From NCBI GenBank assembly GCA_030704615.1, contig CM060733.1, forward strand, positions 39,928,001 to 39,992,000: 64,000 nt of DNA. Reading direction: 5' to 3'. Made by a program: the position numbers and the translations under genes. Source of the DNA: Takakia lepidozioides. Its lineage: Eukaryota > Plantae > Bryophyta. Of this stretch, positions 1-13,900 are shown in pieces. Positions within the stretch are counted from its first letter, which is position 1; the number at the start of each line of letters is the position of its first letter. The notes beneath the pieces were generated by a model, which was given only the letters and a program-made list of their open reading frames with translations, was not told the DNA's origin and made no database searches.

Positions 1-3000
1 CAGTATATTATAGTTGAAGACGCCCTTCAAACCAACAATGACAACAGCAGTTTATGAAACTGCTACATTGCCGTATAGAAGCAGGAAGATTTGTGGGAGC
101 ACTCACAATGAACGGTACTGGTGCATCCAGAAAGTCGAGCATTTTGTTGGGTAAAATCTGTTTCAGGCAATCAGTGTTGGTCTATTGGTGATAGCAAATT
201 TCAGGATCTGACTGAATGTCTCCTTTTCTGACTGACAACCTTTATGTGGAGAGATCAACTTCTTTCTTTTTTGTTTCTCTTTCCGAGTCCTTGTTCCACA
301 TGGGAGATATGGATCTGGACAGGTCCTAAGCACGAGTGCTTGGAGACCCTCATCCACTAGCGGAGCATGCCAGAGAATAAGCCCTCAGGAAGACATGACC
401 ATCTGATGCTTCAGCAGATATTGAGCCTCTGGATCACCTCAAATCCAGGAATGTCCTCTACCAGTCGGGCTACTGCAGATGAGCTCTCTCACCCTGCTAA
501 TAAGTATACTTGGCAGAACACTAATACTGACACTCAGTATCAAAGTATTCAGGATAAGCTATGGAATGACATTCATCAGTGCATCTTACACTTTGGGCTA
601 CCAATACAAAGAATCAACTGGACAACTATCGCTTTGATTCTACGAAACAAAAGAAACAAATAGATCAGCCCATGGTAATTTCCAAGGAAGTCATATAAAA
701 CTGACCGGAAGGAGGAGACATTGCCATTCATAAGGTCGAATCATGGGTATCAATGACAGCACCACCGCCGACAACACACCCTGTCAAATGAGTCCAGACA
801 TCCCAAACCATGGGACTATTATTTCACAACTAGAGAAATGGCTACCGATACAAGTGAAAGGTGCTTCTACATATTCCGTCCCTTGAAACCCATTGGGGAC
901 TGGAGCCGGCAAAATGTTAGGGTCGAGTGTTACTTCATAGAGCCGTATAAAACATTAGTACAATTCTACGACAAAACTTACTAAGATTATCTTTCCAATA
1001 TTGGGAGTATCACCAGAAGAAGTGCCAAGGCCCAGGAACAAGTAATTATCTAGCATATTGCTACTGAAGTCAAATAGATCATTCAGATACTATTGATAAC
1101 TAATTTGCCACGCATTTCATAATCATAACCATACTTTACTCTCGCACGCAGACCAATCCTCCCGAAGGAAGAAAGGGGGGGATTCAAAAAAGAGCCGATC
1201 TCAGGTTATCAGTTCTGTAACAAAGTCAACTACCTATTATATCTACTGTGATCTGTGATTTGCCAACTTCAATCCCGCATCAATGGACAAGGCCAATGTT
1301 TCTGGGTAGGTAGAGGTTCTGTTCTTTGGGGATACCCCACCAAGTTCATTGAGCTTCCCTGAACCAGCCTAGTTTAACAGTCTTCATTACTCCCGCTGTA
1401 ATTGACGATCCCATTGGCAGAACTTCCGAGCAAGACAATGCTCTCCAAGAGTGCTGCTCCAAAATTGAGCCCTGCATACAAGCTACTAGATGACGAGAAA
1501 GAAACAACTCAACACGCACTTCGGATAGACCAGGCCTTCCAAGGTAAGTGATTACAAACCAGATTGGGACAAACAACCAACATTTGCTTCTCCAAGAGAG
1601 CACCTGCAAGCATGGCCAGTACCTGCCCCATATAATAATCTCGTTAAATAACACTGATTGATGCTTGGAAATACTGGTGATCGAGTTAGAAATGAAGTGG
1701 GACTTTGCAATCTGGCATAGCCGATTTGGACAAAGTAGGAAGAGAGACGAGAGACGAACACAGGGTAATGTTTCAAGATATGCCATTTTAAGATAGAGTT
1801 TCACCTAGACCATTCTGCCTTAGAATCACGTTGCTCTGGCTAAGCCATCTAGTGATGTCCCTAGCCTTAGCACAAGGGTTCTGTGGCACCTTATTCCACA
1901 ACAGTGGCTCAGAAATAATTACAATTTTAAAGGCTACACTCTGTGCCCACATTGAAGGTTTCTGGAGGAGCAACCAAGCACGTGTAAGGGCGAAAGCAGT
2001 GGTTGCCTCACATTTTCAAGAGAAAGTGCACGGCACACAGTGGCTGCTCCCCATGTGGCTAGAGCCTCCGCTTCTTCTCCAGCCATGGCTGCTGCACGTG
2101 CCTATAACCAACAAACCAAGGGGTACAATGCTTCACAGTTAGAACTGGTCAAAGAGAGCTGATATGAGTAATTTGGCAACTCTAGCAAAAGAGAAGTAAA
2201 GAGCAAAAGGACATACTAGAATTCAAATGCCATTTTGAAGTTCTTAGTACAAAAATATCCATGTAAAACAAATAGATGGACTACTTGTTCAGAATTCAAT
2301 GGTTTCATGTATTTCTTGAAGTAGTAGCCTGGAAAGTAGAGCGTACATAAGCATCTTTAATCTCTCAGCTCCACAACCCAGCTTTGCTCCCCCTTGCAAC
2401 TCTGTACAGGGAGGCTAGGTCATTTTCTATGGATGGAAATAGGGTGAACCACCTATGACTTCAGCTTTCACTATCTACTGAGTTGTATCTGGTGCTGAGA
2501 ATATGTAGGAAAGGGAATGCGATGCCCTGCAAATAAAAGTTCATAAGAGAAACCAAACCCACCTCAGCAAGCTCCAGGTTACTCCGGCACTTTTCCAGAT
2601 CAAGAACCCCTCCCCCGGTCAAGACTGGAGGTATGGTGCTTGGTCTGGTGAATGTCAGAGGCGATAGATGTTCAAGCGACTGGAACGCAACTGATTCACC
2701 TCTTGAAGGGACGGGAAGGCTATGATACGCACATACAATTCGCAAAGAGTCGTTGTTGTTGGCCTGCTAATGTGCAAGCACATTCTTTAAAATCTTCTCA
2801 ATACCAAACAGCCAAGGCAAAAAGAAAGATGGACACCTTCACCATCTCCCCCACCCAGTTTGTCCCTATGGTCTCTAATGCCCACATGCACACTCTCAGG
2901 TGTAAAACATACACAGATGCAGAACCCAAATTGTGCTTTATACTATTCCACTTACAGAGTCCACTTTATAACATAAACCAAGATATCCAAAGTTATGTCA

Positions 3001-6000
3001 TTCTCACACATACCTTGGCCCATGCCAAGACAGCTTCTGATCCAAATGTATCTTCCTGTCCAGAATGGGATGCCTCCTCAACATCATCCTCATCAGAGTC
3101 ATTGCTTCGAATAGAGCTTTCAAATATACTGTTGCTGCGAAAGATACACACATGGCCAGAAGAGGACATCAAAGAATGACACCGGCCAAAGCTGGACCTC
3201 ATGCTCATTCTTTTTCACGGCTACTGACAGTATAACGAAAGCATCAGTGTTTCCTGACTTCACCCTTAAAGAATGAGAGGCCTTATGTCTACCATTTGGC
3301 AAGCCAAAGCTTTTGTGCACAACTGGGCAGACACCGTAGACCAACATATGATGATTTCAGGCCAAAAACCAGCAATTCTCAAATACGTCCTCGAAACATT
3401 GAAACACTGGCTTTGTTGATTATCTAGCTCCATGGCAAACCAACCTCCCGCAGCCTTTTGTGGAGTTCGTACCCACCAAGGTTTAGCTTATGCCTGCAAC
3501 TCAGCTGCAGGTGTAAGCCTATTTTCCCGCAACTGCCATTAAGGAACTCAGAGGTACTTGTCCACATGCAAACTCGACAGGCCAGTTGTAGGGTTCTTGA
3601 TCTTAGCCTGAAGAGAGAGAGAGAATGTACTCATGAGATGTTGTTTGCCATAGCCTTGTGGCCATAGACCAGTTTGGGCAAACAAGAAGGAGTAGACACT
3701 ACCTTTGAGAGGGGCTCAGTCCAGTAGTGGAACTTACCTTGGCATAAATAATTGGTTTGGCTTTCCGGATTTCCACTAGAAATCCCTTCACAGAAGCATT
3801 GATCTGCTGTGTGTGAGCTGCCCAGCAATTAGACCCCAACAGGGCCAGGGCTTCAATCAAAAATTTGAAAGTTGGTGAACCGAGGTGCAGGGATGTTGTT
3901 GATGGTCCTGAACAGGGTCACTCTCTGACTAGAGTACCCAGGACATTGTATCAGAAAATGAAGATAGTCTTCAGGCCACCCAAACATCGGGCATTTGACA
4001 ATCTCCCTTTCCTTCTGCATCTGTTTATTGTTCAAAGGCAGACTCCTTGCCCTGAGTTTAAATTTCAGTCTAATGCCGAGGGTAGGTAGGCCCGTCAGAT
4101 CATCCTTAAGGTCCTCACCGGTGTCACAAATGGGAAACAAGTTCAGGGAAGTTTTGTGCCTAACTTCGTTAGATGTACTCATAAACCGTTGTTTGCTGTA
4201 GCCTCTAACTTCATTAGAGAGAGTCAGAAAGAGAGAGACACTGAGAGTACAGGATACATATGTCCTTTCCATGTACAATTCATGAAGAGTTTATACCTAT
4301 AAAGTGACTCTGAGCTGTCCACCCGCTCATGCCCTACACTTGACCGTGGAGCAAATGTGCCCATGCTTGAACTCGACCCTACATCCTCTGCTCTGTCCAC
4401 GTTTACACTTGTCAGAGGGGTCTTGATATTGCCATTGGTGTGTCCGACTGATTTTTCTACCTCCTCCTCTGGATGTACCTGAGGGAAAATCACACAGCTT
4501 AAGCACAGAGTGACAGGTTTACTGATTTTATCCCACTTGCGCAGGAAGTGCCATATGTTGTTATAAACTCCACTTTATGGTCAGGGGTAGATGAAACATT
4601 CCATTCATCGTCCATATTCATGCACAGTCACCAAAAACAAGAATAAAGATGTCCATGAGTAACTTCTGAAAGAAATTGAAACAACAGCCTCTTTTGAGTA
4701 AATGAAAAGCCAATCCACAGCCACTACGTACTGTGACAAGACGTGGACAGAACTAACTCTCAAAAGAGGCGAAAGTACATATTTTTACTGCTGCTAGCTC
4801 TCAGTTTTAAGCAAGGTTTTGGGAATTACAATATTCATTTCACAAAGTTGAATGGTGGAAATGCTACCTCCATGCCTCCTTTGAACCCATTGCATACTTG
4901 CAATCCCTGGTCTGCTGTAGTGTCTGCCTCTTCCACTACAAACTCTTTTTCCACTGTCCGTGCAAGTGGCGAAAGAGTGCGTGGGGATGTGTAACCATAG
5001 GCAGTTTCTGGAGAAAGAGGGCCTGATCCCTTTGAAGCGAATGAGTTCATCTTAGACTCTGATATCAGGCCTGCAGCTGCAGCTGTTGCCCCTAACACAC
5101 TATCAACAGGTATGGCGCTTTCCATCCAACCATTAGGGTCATCCACCATAGGAGATCCTAATTTTCCATTGCCCTTGCTTCCCACTTTGACCATGGGTGG
5201 CACTTGTTCTGTTAGTGCCATCTCATTTACACACTCTGTGATTCGGTCCAGTCGCTCCTGAGCGATAATACTTTTGACAAAGACAAGCAGAAGCGCACAG
5301 GTAAGGCACACTACCCAATCAACAAAACTCCAAGGTAAGTAACATAGTGAGATGGTCAACAAAGCACTCATTTATACCATCACAGCCCTCTCTGCCCCAC
5401 AAGGTAAATAATAGCATGCAACAGCACAAGATAAGAGAAGAGGGGTAATAGGAGAAAGACAAAAAGATACTGACCTGTTCAAAACTTCAAAATGGAGATG
5501 GAAAAATGGCAACCGGGTGAGAAGGCAATAGCATCGCGGAGCAGAGACCAAGAAGCGGCTTGGGGGCAACTGGGGAGGGGAGAGTGCTGTGTTCATTGCT
5601 AGGAAGCCCGGTGCTCTTTGGACAATTTCGGGCACAAATACACAGACTCCATATAATGTGGCATTGTCTGCCACCTGGCCCACACGGGAACCAGTATGAG
5701 GAAGCGTCACAAATACTCTTTACTCACTGTCAATCACCCTAGCTAGACATCACTGCTGCAAAATTGACCAGGCTGTCTTCTTATCACATAAGTTAGCAAG
5801 CGCATTTCTGCTCTCTAAAATTTTTGCGTACTACTGAGAATACAGCCACTAAGTTTCTAGATCTGGTTCAAATTGCCTTCTCGAAAGAAGCCTTGAACTA
5901 AAAGCAGTCGCACAGCGGGCTCCCAAAGCTAGCTTCCATACAAAAGCCACTTCCCGAAAGTTTATGTCTGATGGGAGCTGTTTAAATCAAGCAAATACAG

Positions 6001-8627
6001 CCTACTTGAAATCCCAAACAAACCCTAATGCACCAAACAGAAAGGTCACGTGCACAGACTGGTGGGAACAACACTTGACCTGGACAGTTTGATGATGAAG
6101 GGTGACAAACCTTGAGCAGGAAAACAAATGATTGATCATCTCGCTTCTGATGGGACTGCAGTAAATAAATCAACACAGAAACCCCAAGTCTTTGAATCAA
6201 CAATGTGCTTTACTGCATCCATTTGAACTTTGACTGGAACATGGTGTACAGCAGACGGCCACAAGGCTGTGCAAAGTACACTCTAATGAGAACAACCTCA
6301 GTTACTGTGCCCTGCCTGCCCTGAAGGTATCAGAAAAATTTCAATTCTGCTAGAGTAGGTCAACCTCGGCGAGACCACCTCGGCTCTACACCAACGCAAC
6401 CATAGAGCATGAGAAGGTTAGGACAACCACAATGAATCTGCATCATCGTGTGAAGACCAATACTACATGTAATGCAGCAAGTTCAACGTGATTTCTCACC
6501 AGACTACATATGTTAAGGGACAGTCCACCAGCAGCAAGTACCTGGCCATACATAATCTCATTCAAGTCGCTCATGGATGGAGTCCGCTCCATTAGACGGG
6601 CCTGCGTACACCCCTCAGCCTCAAAACTTGTCCCGGAAGTGTCTAAATTCTCTAAGCAAAAAGCTCATTGAGAATGTAGGAAGAACTCTAAACATGTGAG
6701 ACTACACTTTCAGACAGCCCAAGGACAATATGATGATTGATGGCCAAGGTGAATAGAGGTCAGAGAAGAGACAAGAGCAAGAGCGCCTAGAGGGATGCTA
6801 AGGTTTAGAACAATCACCTCAACCCCACTGGGAAAGCAGAAGTCAGGCAGATCTCTGCTCTTCAATGGCAACCGCTTGCCAAGAGGATATTTGAATAAGA
6901 CCTGCAAAGAACAAAAAGAGACGTGTGAGTTAAAAACATGAGGAATTGCGAAAACCAGGAAAATAAGTTGAACTTGCTTTAGAAGCTTCCATGTGCAGCG
7001 GTCAAATACATCAAGTGTGCACCAGTAGAAAACCGTCAGGCCTCGGATGCATTGGTGCAGTGATTGTGCACTCAGCAATGAGGTATTATCCATTCTACAA
7101 CGATGAAGTGAAGAAGCACAAAAAAGGCAAATATTGCAACTCCTACACATGTGCGACAGGATTTCTAAATCTACTTTGAGAGTCCAGCAGCAAAGGAATA
7201 GATAGTCACAGAATGACTTCAACATACCAATCACTTTCTTGCAAAGTTCAAACTTGCCTATGGTGGTAGGACCACCTGTTGGTCTCATACAAAACCTAAG
7301 GCTTCACTGTTGCTGAATGGGAACAGGTAAAAATTACAGGGAAACCCCAGAGACACTGCAGCACAGGCTCCCAAGGCCATCGCTTCTGGGAAATCTAACA
7401 CCATCATTCACTAAAGGCCAGCAATACTTGGCCATGCACATGGAGGGGGCTGCCACTGAATCCAAATCCGGTATTGCAGAGGCATGAGCAAGGAGGTGCC
7501 CTTCTCTCAATACATCCTGCCTATCTGAACCCATCCTCACCAAAAACTTCAAGCATTATTGCAAAGCCTCATGTGATATCTCCTCAATTGTTTGGGGCAC
7601 AAGAGGACCTGTGGTTCCAATGTTGGAAGGGGAGGGCCCTTATACTTGACGGCATCTCCGCCCAAGCGCTCTGCCTTCTCCACATCGCGCTGCCACGCTT
7701 TTTTTCTGGCAAATGCAGCCTCTGTGGCTTGCACATTCGTGGTTGGATGCAAGCCCACCACCACAAAGTGCTCAAAAAACGATGTGGGGTCCTTTTTCTG
7801 CTGCTTGCGCTCCTGTAAATTTTTCCACACTGTGAATAAGCTTCCAAACTGACCATAGGGAGAAAATAGAGGTGATAAAGGAAAGGACATTGCTTGTCTT
7901 ACTGACAGCGTCCCTCCAATGAAACATAGCTCAAGTGAGTTCCTTCACAGAGTTTTGACAGTTGACCTTGGAGTAACATTCAATTTCTTCAACAGATTGC
8001 AGTCCTTTGCGACTTTCAGTACAAATATGATATCCTGTTAACTATACCAGGAGACAGCATTGACAGTCAATCGCATCTCAATTGCACCCTCAGGGGAGTA
8101 CATCAATCTTCCATGATTCACCCATAGAATGTGAATAATTTAGAAACTTTGAGAACCCTGAGGCCAACTCACCTAAAAACTGTTTGAGAAACAGTTGCAA
8201 CTAAAGATCATGTGGAACTTCATTTCCCACCAGTCAGTGGACTTACATATATGCATACTGCACATGTGGAATGCCAGCAAAACCCTGCAGTGATTGTGAA
8301 AGAGAACCTTACCAGAGCTTGCATCTGAAGCTCACTCCATTGTCGTTTCTGGCGGGTAAGGACCTCCGGATTAAACAAATTCCGTTGATTTCGATCATGA
8401 TGACTGGTGCCCCATTTTAGCGCTCTCTGCAGCTGCCGTTTCCATCTAAGGAAGTTATTGGAGTTTTGCTGATTTCTTGCTGAGACAACAATGGAGGGGC
8501 GGGGACGCACAGCTGCTGCGGCAGCAACTGCAATTCTTGCTTCCTCCTCAGTAGTCTGTGTGAACAGTGAGGGGCGCTTCTCTGGCTCGCCTACACTATT
8601 CCGTCCCTCCGCCATTGCATCCTTCAT
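1..8627 (-). CDS. DENN (AEX-3) domain protein, putative Rab GEF; multi-exon, 3' end runs off the window
   Basis: GT-AG exons join into a plant DENN protein: 8313-8627 (MKDAM...FNPEVLTRQKRQW), 7609-7812 (FFEHFVVVGLHP), ~6821-6901 (VLFKYP...DFCFPSGVE), ~6541-6601 (LMERTPSMSDLNE), ~6111-6160 (RDDQSFVFLLK), ~5475-5676 (VADNATLYGVC...APRCYCLLTRLPFFHLHFEVLN), ~4850-5275, ~4290-4478, ~3015-3190, ~2563-2765, ~2013-2102, ~1560-1622 (LAGALLEKQMLVVCPNL), ~706-780 (LIPMIRPYEWQCLLLP), ~107-157 (LDFLDAPVPFI). Internal exon edges are approximate. Confidence 0.9.
3853..4130 (-). mobile_element. Non-LTR retrotransposon (LINE) 3' remnant in a DENN intron
   Basis: RLKFKLRARSLPL...KCPMFGWPEDYLHFLIQCPGY resembles the C-terminal C-x2-C...E-D-x2-H-x4-C zinc-knuckle region of LINE ORF2; one Cys is lost. 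Confidence 0.5.
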
Positions 8628-9683
8628 TCAGAGTTCAGACCTGCAATGGCTATACTGATCCCTTAAGCTTCTACAGTCCTCCATCCCCTTTCCCTTTCCA
8701 GATATCTTGGCGGTTTCTTCAAGAATTTCAGATATGCTGTCTACCAGTACTCTTACAAGCAATTCACTGCCGCTCCATCGCCGCCTGGGACATGTACTCA
8801 TTCCTCACTCCACTGACTCCTTGGGATGTACATAATCACCATGCTTTGACAGTCCCAGCTTTGCTAAGAGCTCCTGAGTTGACAAGAGAGTAACTTGCTT
8901 CCCCAGGCACTTTGATCCAAGGTCTGCGATTAGGTTGCCACAAAAAATAGGTTTAGGCCTGGTCTTAGATAAGGCTCATTTATAAGAAGCTGACAATATC
9001 ATCCCATTCAAAACAAAATTTAAATACACCATCCCAGCCTGATTACACAAATGAGACAAAGACTTACTCAAAAGATGGCACTTCAAATCACAGGGTCGAG
9101 ATGAACATTGAAATTTTCAACTGCGTCAATGCTTGATACTTTTGAGTGACAGCAGTTGTTGAAGAGGCATATCCATCACCAGAAACTGAAAATCCACCAA
9201 TACAGACATGTAAAATCATGTCACACATCGGACTCCAGATGATCGACAGCAGCTATTAAGGCTGCGGTCACCATTAGCTCAAAAAGTGTTCTGGGAGAGG
9301 AGATATCGGAGAGGGATTCATTCCCCCCAGTATAACTCCAATGAGACCCCCTGCAGCGCTTCTGATACCAGCAGATAATAGGGCGAATAATCTGCTGGGA
9401 TTGAGCTTTTCCTCTGACAAGTCAACGGTGTTTTTGCATGTGTGAGACAGGGAAAAATCAAGGGAGAGAGACTGAGTCAAACCGAGATGAAAAGAAGGAA
9501 AGTGAGGGAGAGGGAAAGAAAGATGGAACCGTAATTTCTTGTACACTTCAGAGGACGCATATCTTTAATTGGAGAGACGACAAATGACGAAGCTGAGAAA
9601 GATCTTTGAGACCAGGACCCGCTTGACTCCCACAATAAGGTGATTGCTAACAGAACTTGAACAATACGCCAACAGCAGTACTG

Positions 9684-9691
<8 letters not shown>

Positions 9692-9716
<25 letters not shown>

Positions 9717-9970
9717 ACAGACACAGGAACAGTACCTGTAATTCTATGCCCGCGAGGCTGCAATCTGCCGCTACGGTGGAGATAAAGAAGTGTACCGGAA
9801 GGTCAATTAACACATAAATCACTTTGCTATCATTCGAAGATGCGGAAGTGAAAATACTGAATACATGCTACATTTGTAAATCGAAATCATGCACAATTCT
9901 CCCTTTGCAGATCATGAAACGTATACTACTCTGTTTCAGTGCCTTTCTTTCTTTCTTTCTTTCTTTCTTT
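9692..9970. repeat. (TC)n and (TTTC)n microsatellites upstream of the DENN gene
   Basis: (TC)n at ~9692-9716 and (TTTC)n at ~9943-9970. Confidence 0.85.
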
Positions 9971-10756
9971 CTCATGTGTGGTTTCTCGAATGTATATATA
10001 ATTGGTCCACCTGGTTCCTGTATGAACCTCAACAGGAAATATCCATCGCCTCGCCCAATTTTATTTCTTTCACACTCTGTCTCTCTTACCCATTCTAATA
10101 ATTCGAGTTCATACTTCCCAAAATCAAACGCTTAACTATCCTGAAGTTTTTCTTACTCTCTCTCACTTTCGTTCCTAGTCTCTAAATTTTTTCTTTCACT
10201 TTCTTTAATGAGACCGATCCATGCAACCAGCTGCGGTCATGTCCAGATAGGCAACAGAAAGTAATTGCCCTTACAATCTAGCACTCCATTGCACTGCTGA
10301 TCGTGCTGTTTGCCTCCATGGATCGAGCTGCTCTGTTTAACTTGCCCTAAAATATGACGCTCATAAAACACAACCCTTGCACCAAATATCTGCCAATGCA
10401 CCGCAACCACGCGTTGATCCTTGCGACTGCCACGCTCTACTGTGGGCTATTCTTCCGCCGTACTGCTTGCCCGCGCAAAGTTTTTTTTTCATTTTGTTTT
10501 TTTGGGGCAGGTGTTACCAAAAATCAAAATCAAAATCAAAATAGAAGTAATATTTACGGTTTTTTTTAAAACGCAAGTCCGCAAATGATTTGTCCAAAAA
10601 TCCCTAGTTCGGATATTATTTTTTAAATGTTTTTTCCTTAAAATAAAATATTTGTTTTGAAATTCATGTAGAATTGTTTTGAGAATTTAATTTGTCACTT
10701 GTTTCATAAAGTCCTCTTTTCCTTTTCTTTTTTGCTTAAGAGGGGTCAGAGGCTCC

Positions 10757-10985
10757 TCTGTTTTTGTTTTGGCGAAAAATCGCCAAATGGCGACCTCAAA
10801 ACATTAAAATGAAATCTTCTGTAGGAATTTTTTCATGGATGAAATCGCCAAACTTCTACAAAGAAAAAATAATAATGAATGAATTCGCCAAATATGGATG
10901 GTATAAATGGATGAAAGTATATAGAAGGATGATTCTATCCAGATTTTCAATGGATGAACAGTTTATATAGCTATTTCTTGTAAAA
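10757..10985. mobile_element. Partial MITE, same family as 36335-36610 in opposite orientation
   Basis: The reverse complement of ~10880-10960 aligns with ~36400-36480 (catcca.tgaaa.t.g...agaatcatcc...tactttcatccat...catccatatt.ggcgaattcat). A GGCGAAAAATCGCC subterminal motif is present. Confidence 0.65.
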
Positions 10986-13900
10986 CTTAATAGCCCCACT
11001 CGTGCTATTTTTCAAATTTAGAGGAGGCCCTCTTTTTATCTCATTTTCGGAAATGATTTGTGGGTAGCGAAAATAAGTAAGGTAATACTATTGATGAAAA
11101 GGACTCAGTATTGACGATTTCAAAACAATACAATCCCCCTGTAAAAAAAAGATATAGAGATGGGCTCGGTCCGCAGTAGGCAATCAATCGCTGGGCTGCC
11201 TGCTCACGCCTCACAGCTCACCACCATCATTGCCCCTCCGCTTTGCTCAACCTTTTCCACAACTGAACGTTTGCTCATATCACACTGCACTCTGGACACC
11301 CACTCTGGGGCCCATTTGCAGAACCTAGTTTGAGAAAAGAAGCTCGCGACGATCTTAATCGGCCCATAGCACTGTGGTGGTATCATCGTCATGGTACATA
11401 TCTTGCATGCAACAGCCCTCAAGCTTGGGCGGAATGGTGGACCACGGCCCAGTGACTAGGATGTTGTGGCCCCCACCAACTTCTGGAAGCAAGTGCAGGT
11501 CTTGTAGCAGAAAGGTGGGGACGATCGAGACATCCTCGAGATTCATAAGAAGGCATCCGTCCTCATCGAAACACCGCCCTTCTACGTCTTGTCAGAATTG
11601 AAATTCGCCTGACTGGTGTGTTTTCGCACAGTAGATGGAGAAGAGAAACAGTAGTATCGGAGCTTCTTCTTGTTGGAATGGGAATTTTCCCGACTGACTT
11701 GTCTGTATCTCGACTTGAGTAGGTGGAGGAGAGAAACACTCTCGGAGCAATTGCAGAAGCAGTTTTAGCAGCACGCTATGCAGTGTTGCTTTTTCATGCA
11801 ACCTAACTAGCTCGATTCATGGGCTGTTTTGACATAAGTACACATCGGCAACATGGTGACTGTGGAGGGACGATACGTTTGGTTGGATACCAACATTGGA
11901 AACTAATACAACTTTGCACCTACCATACTCTCCATAGGGTCAAGTCCAAAGTCCAAACCGTTAGCTAATGAACATGGTTTTACAGACAATCAAAGCACCC
12001 AATATTTATAGTAATCCGTGTTGAAAGCTGTCGGATTTTAAATGGATTAGAGGTTATTGTCAGGTTAAAATTTGATTAGACGTTATTGTCAGGTTTTAAC
12101 ATTTGCAATTGAACAACTTGTATGTACGGTATGTACCGTAGACCTTTCACGTGGCAGAGATTCCATGTTGGATATTCCGAGTCCCTTCCTTGTGAATAAT
12201 TAGGATCCCTGGAACCCATGAGTAGCCAGCTTTAATGACGGCACAGAGTGAGTGTGAAGCCATGGGTTTGGGACCTGAGAGGATCTTATTACCCGTCTCT
12301 TAGGAAAGCACGAGGATACTCTTGGGACCCTCCGGAGTAAGTAGCCAATATCCTGAAGTAAAAGAGAAAGAAGCAAGAGAGAGAGAACATGTCTTGCGGC
12401 TTGCCCCATTGCTTTCTTCACTATCAATGAGCGAGAGAATGTCTTTCGCATTGGGGAAAAAAGTGTTTTCATTTGCGAAAATCAGCTTTGAACTAATTAT
12501 CAACATACTCCTCTGCGAATGAATCAATTGGGCAGGCATATCACTGGACTGCACCTAACGATCTTGACACTCTCTATGGCTGTATCACACGTCCTTCACC
12601 TCAAGAGAAAGAGCTGGTGTGAATTTTGGAATCCGTTGGAAGCACTCCAAAGGTGTTATATAATACAAACAGATTGCCTATGATCTTTGGTAGCCTGAGG
12701 GCATCAGAATGTAAACGAAAGCACTAGCGTGTATATGCCTCTCATTTTACAATATTTGGGACATTATGGCGGACGCACGAGCTGACCGGTGGGCCCCCGC
12801 GCACGGACGCCCGGCTCCCCCCACCCAGACCCCCCCCCCCCCCCCCCCCCCCCCCGCTGCGCGCGGTCGCCCAGCTGCTGCCACGGCCCCACCAGCCCCG
12901 CCCGCGCTCCGCCGCGCCCCCAGTTCGCCCGCTAGTCCGCTGCCCGTGAGTCCAATTCCCCTCAGTCCGCCAAACCGCCAGTCTGCCGGCCAGTTTGCTG
13001 TGCACGCCAGTCCGCTGTGCCAGTCCCCGCAAGTCCACCCAACAGTCCGTTGTGCCCGTCTGCTGCCCCCCAGTCTGCCAGTCTGCCAGTCCGCGCCGGC
13101 CGAAGGATCTGGATCGTCGATTCTGAGAAACCCATCCGCGCCATCCATGTTTAGGGCATGGAAGATTGTGACATCCTGCCACGAACTCGCCCACTCGTTC
13201 TTGTTGTCTCGTTCTTGCGGCTCTTTGTTGTCCAATGTTGCGGAGGTGACTTTGCAAGCATGCGGCTGTTCTTCTTGTATATGTCGATTTTAATGACGAT
13301 GAAGGGTGTGCCTGAACATGAGAGGGCTGGCGGGGCTCTACAGCCACCATCGTGCATATGCTTCCACTATTTTTGCCTTCGTTTTGTACTGACGTGCTTA
13401 TTTTTTAGGACGATATGTGGAAAAATTGCATGCGTTTACGGTTTGTGGTGTGTGTCCGAGTCCGAGCTCCTTCGTATGGAGCAGGAAACCATTGGTAACA
13501 CGATAGCGGAAATCGCGGAAGCATATGCACGTGGGGGCGTATATACATTGCAGAATTTATGTCCACCGATGAGACTATTCAGGGGAGGACGTCTCTGCCA
13601 CCACATCTCTGGGAACTGCGGAGAGTGTGAACGGAACAGGATCCAATCCGAAGGTCCTCAAACATCCAGATGCACCTCCTGAAACATCACATCTTAACCA
13701 CTACCGTCTCCTTGAAAACTGGACAATGGGAAAGGAGACGTAGCCTGAGAGATGTGGATTCACGTTGCTTGTGGATGTTCTAGGTCCTTACGATTGCAAA
13801 TGCGCGTGGATCAACAGGCTCTTCGACTACATCTTTGTCAGTACTTTCTCTAAGCAGTGTGTTGTGCCATGAGTATGGGCATATGCAAGTCTACTGGACG

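Noticed and set aside
1346-1804. 152-aa minus-strand ORF
   Set aside because: It overlaps a true DENN exon (~1560-1622) in another frame; the rest is intron.
11204-12560. Short ORFs and a PBS-like tggtatcc near 11885
   Set aside because: No recognisable domain and no adjacent LTR pair.
12742-13350. Gly/Pro/Arg-rich ORFs on both strands (also 30762-31346, 39930-40336, 46692-47336)
   Set aside because: They are read-throughs of GC-rich TIR sequence and have no protein features.
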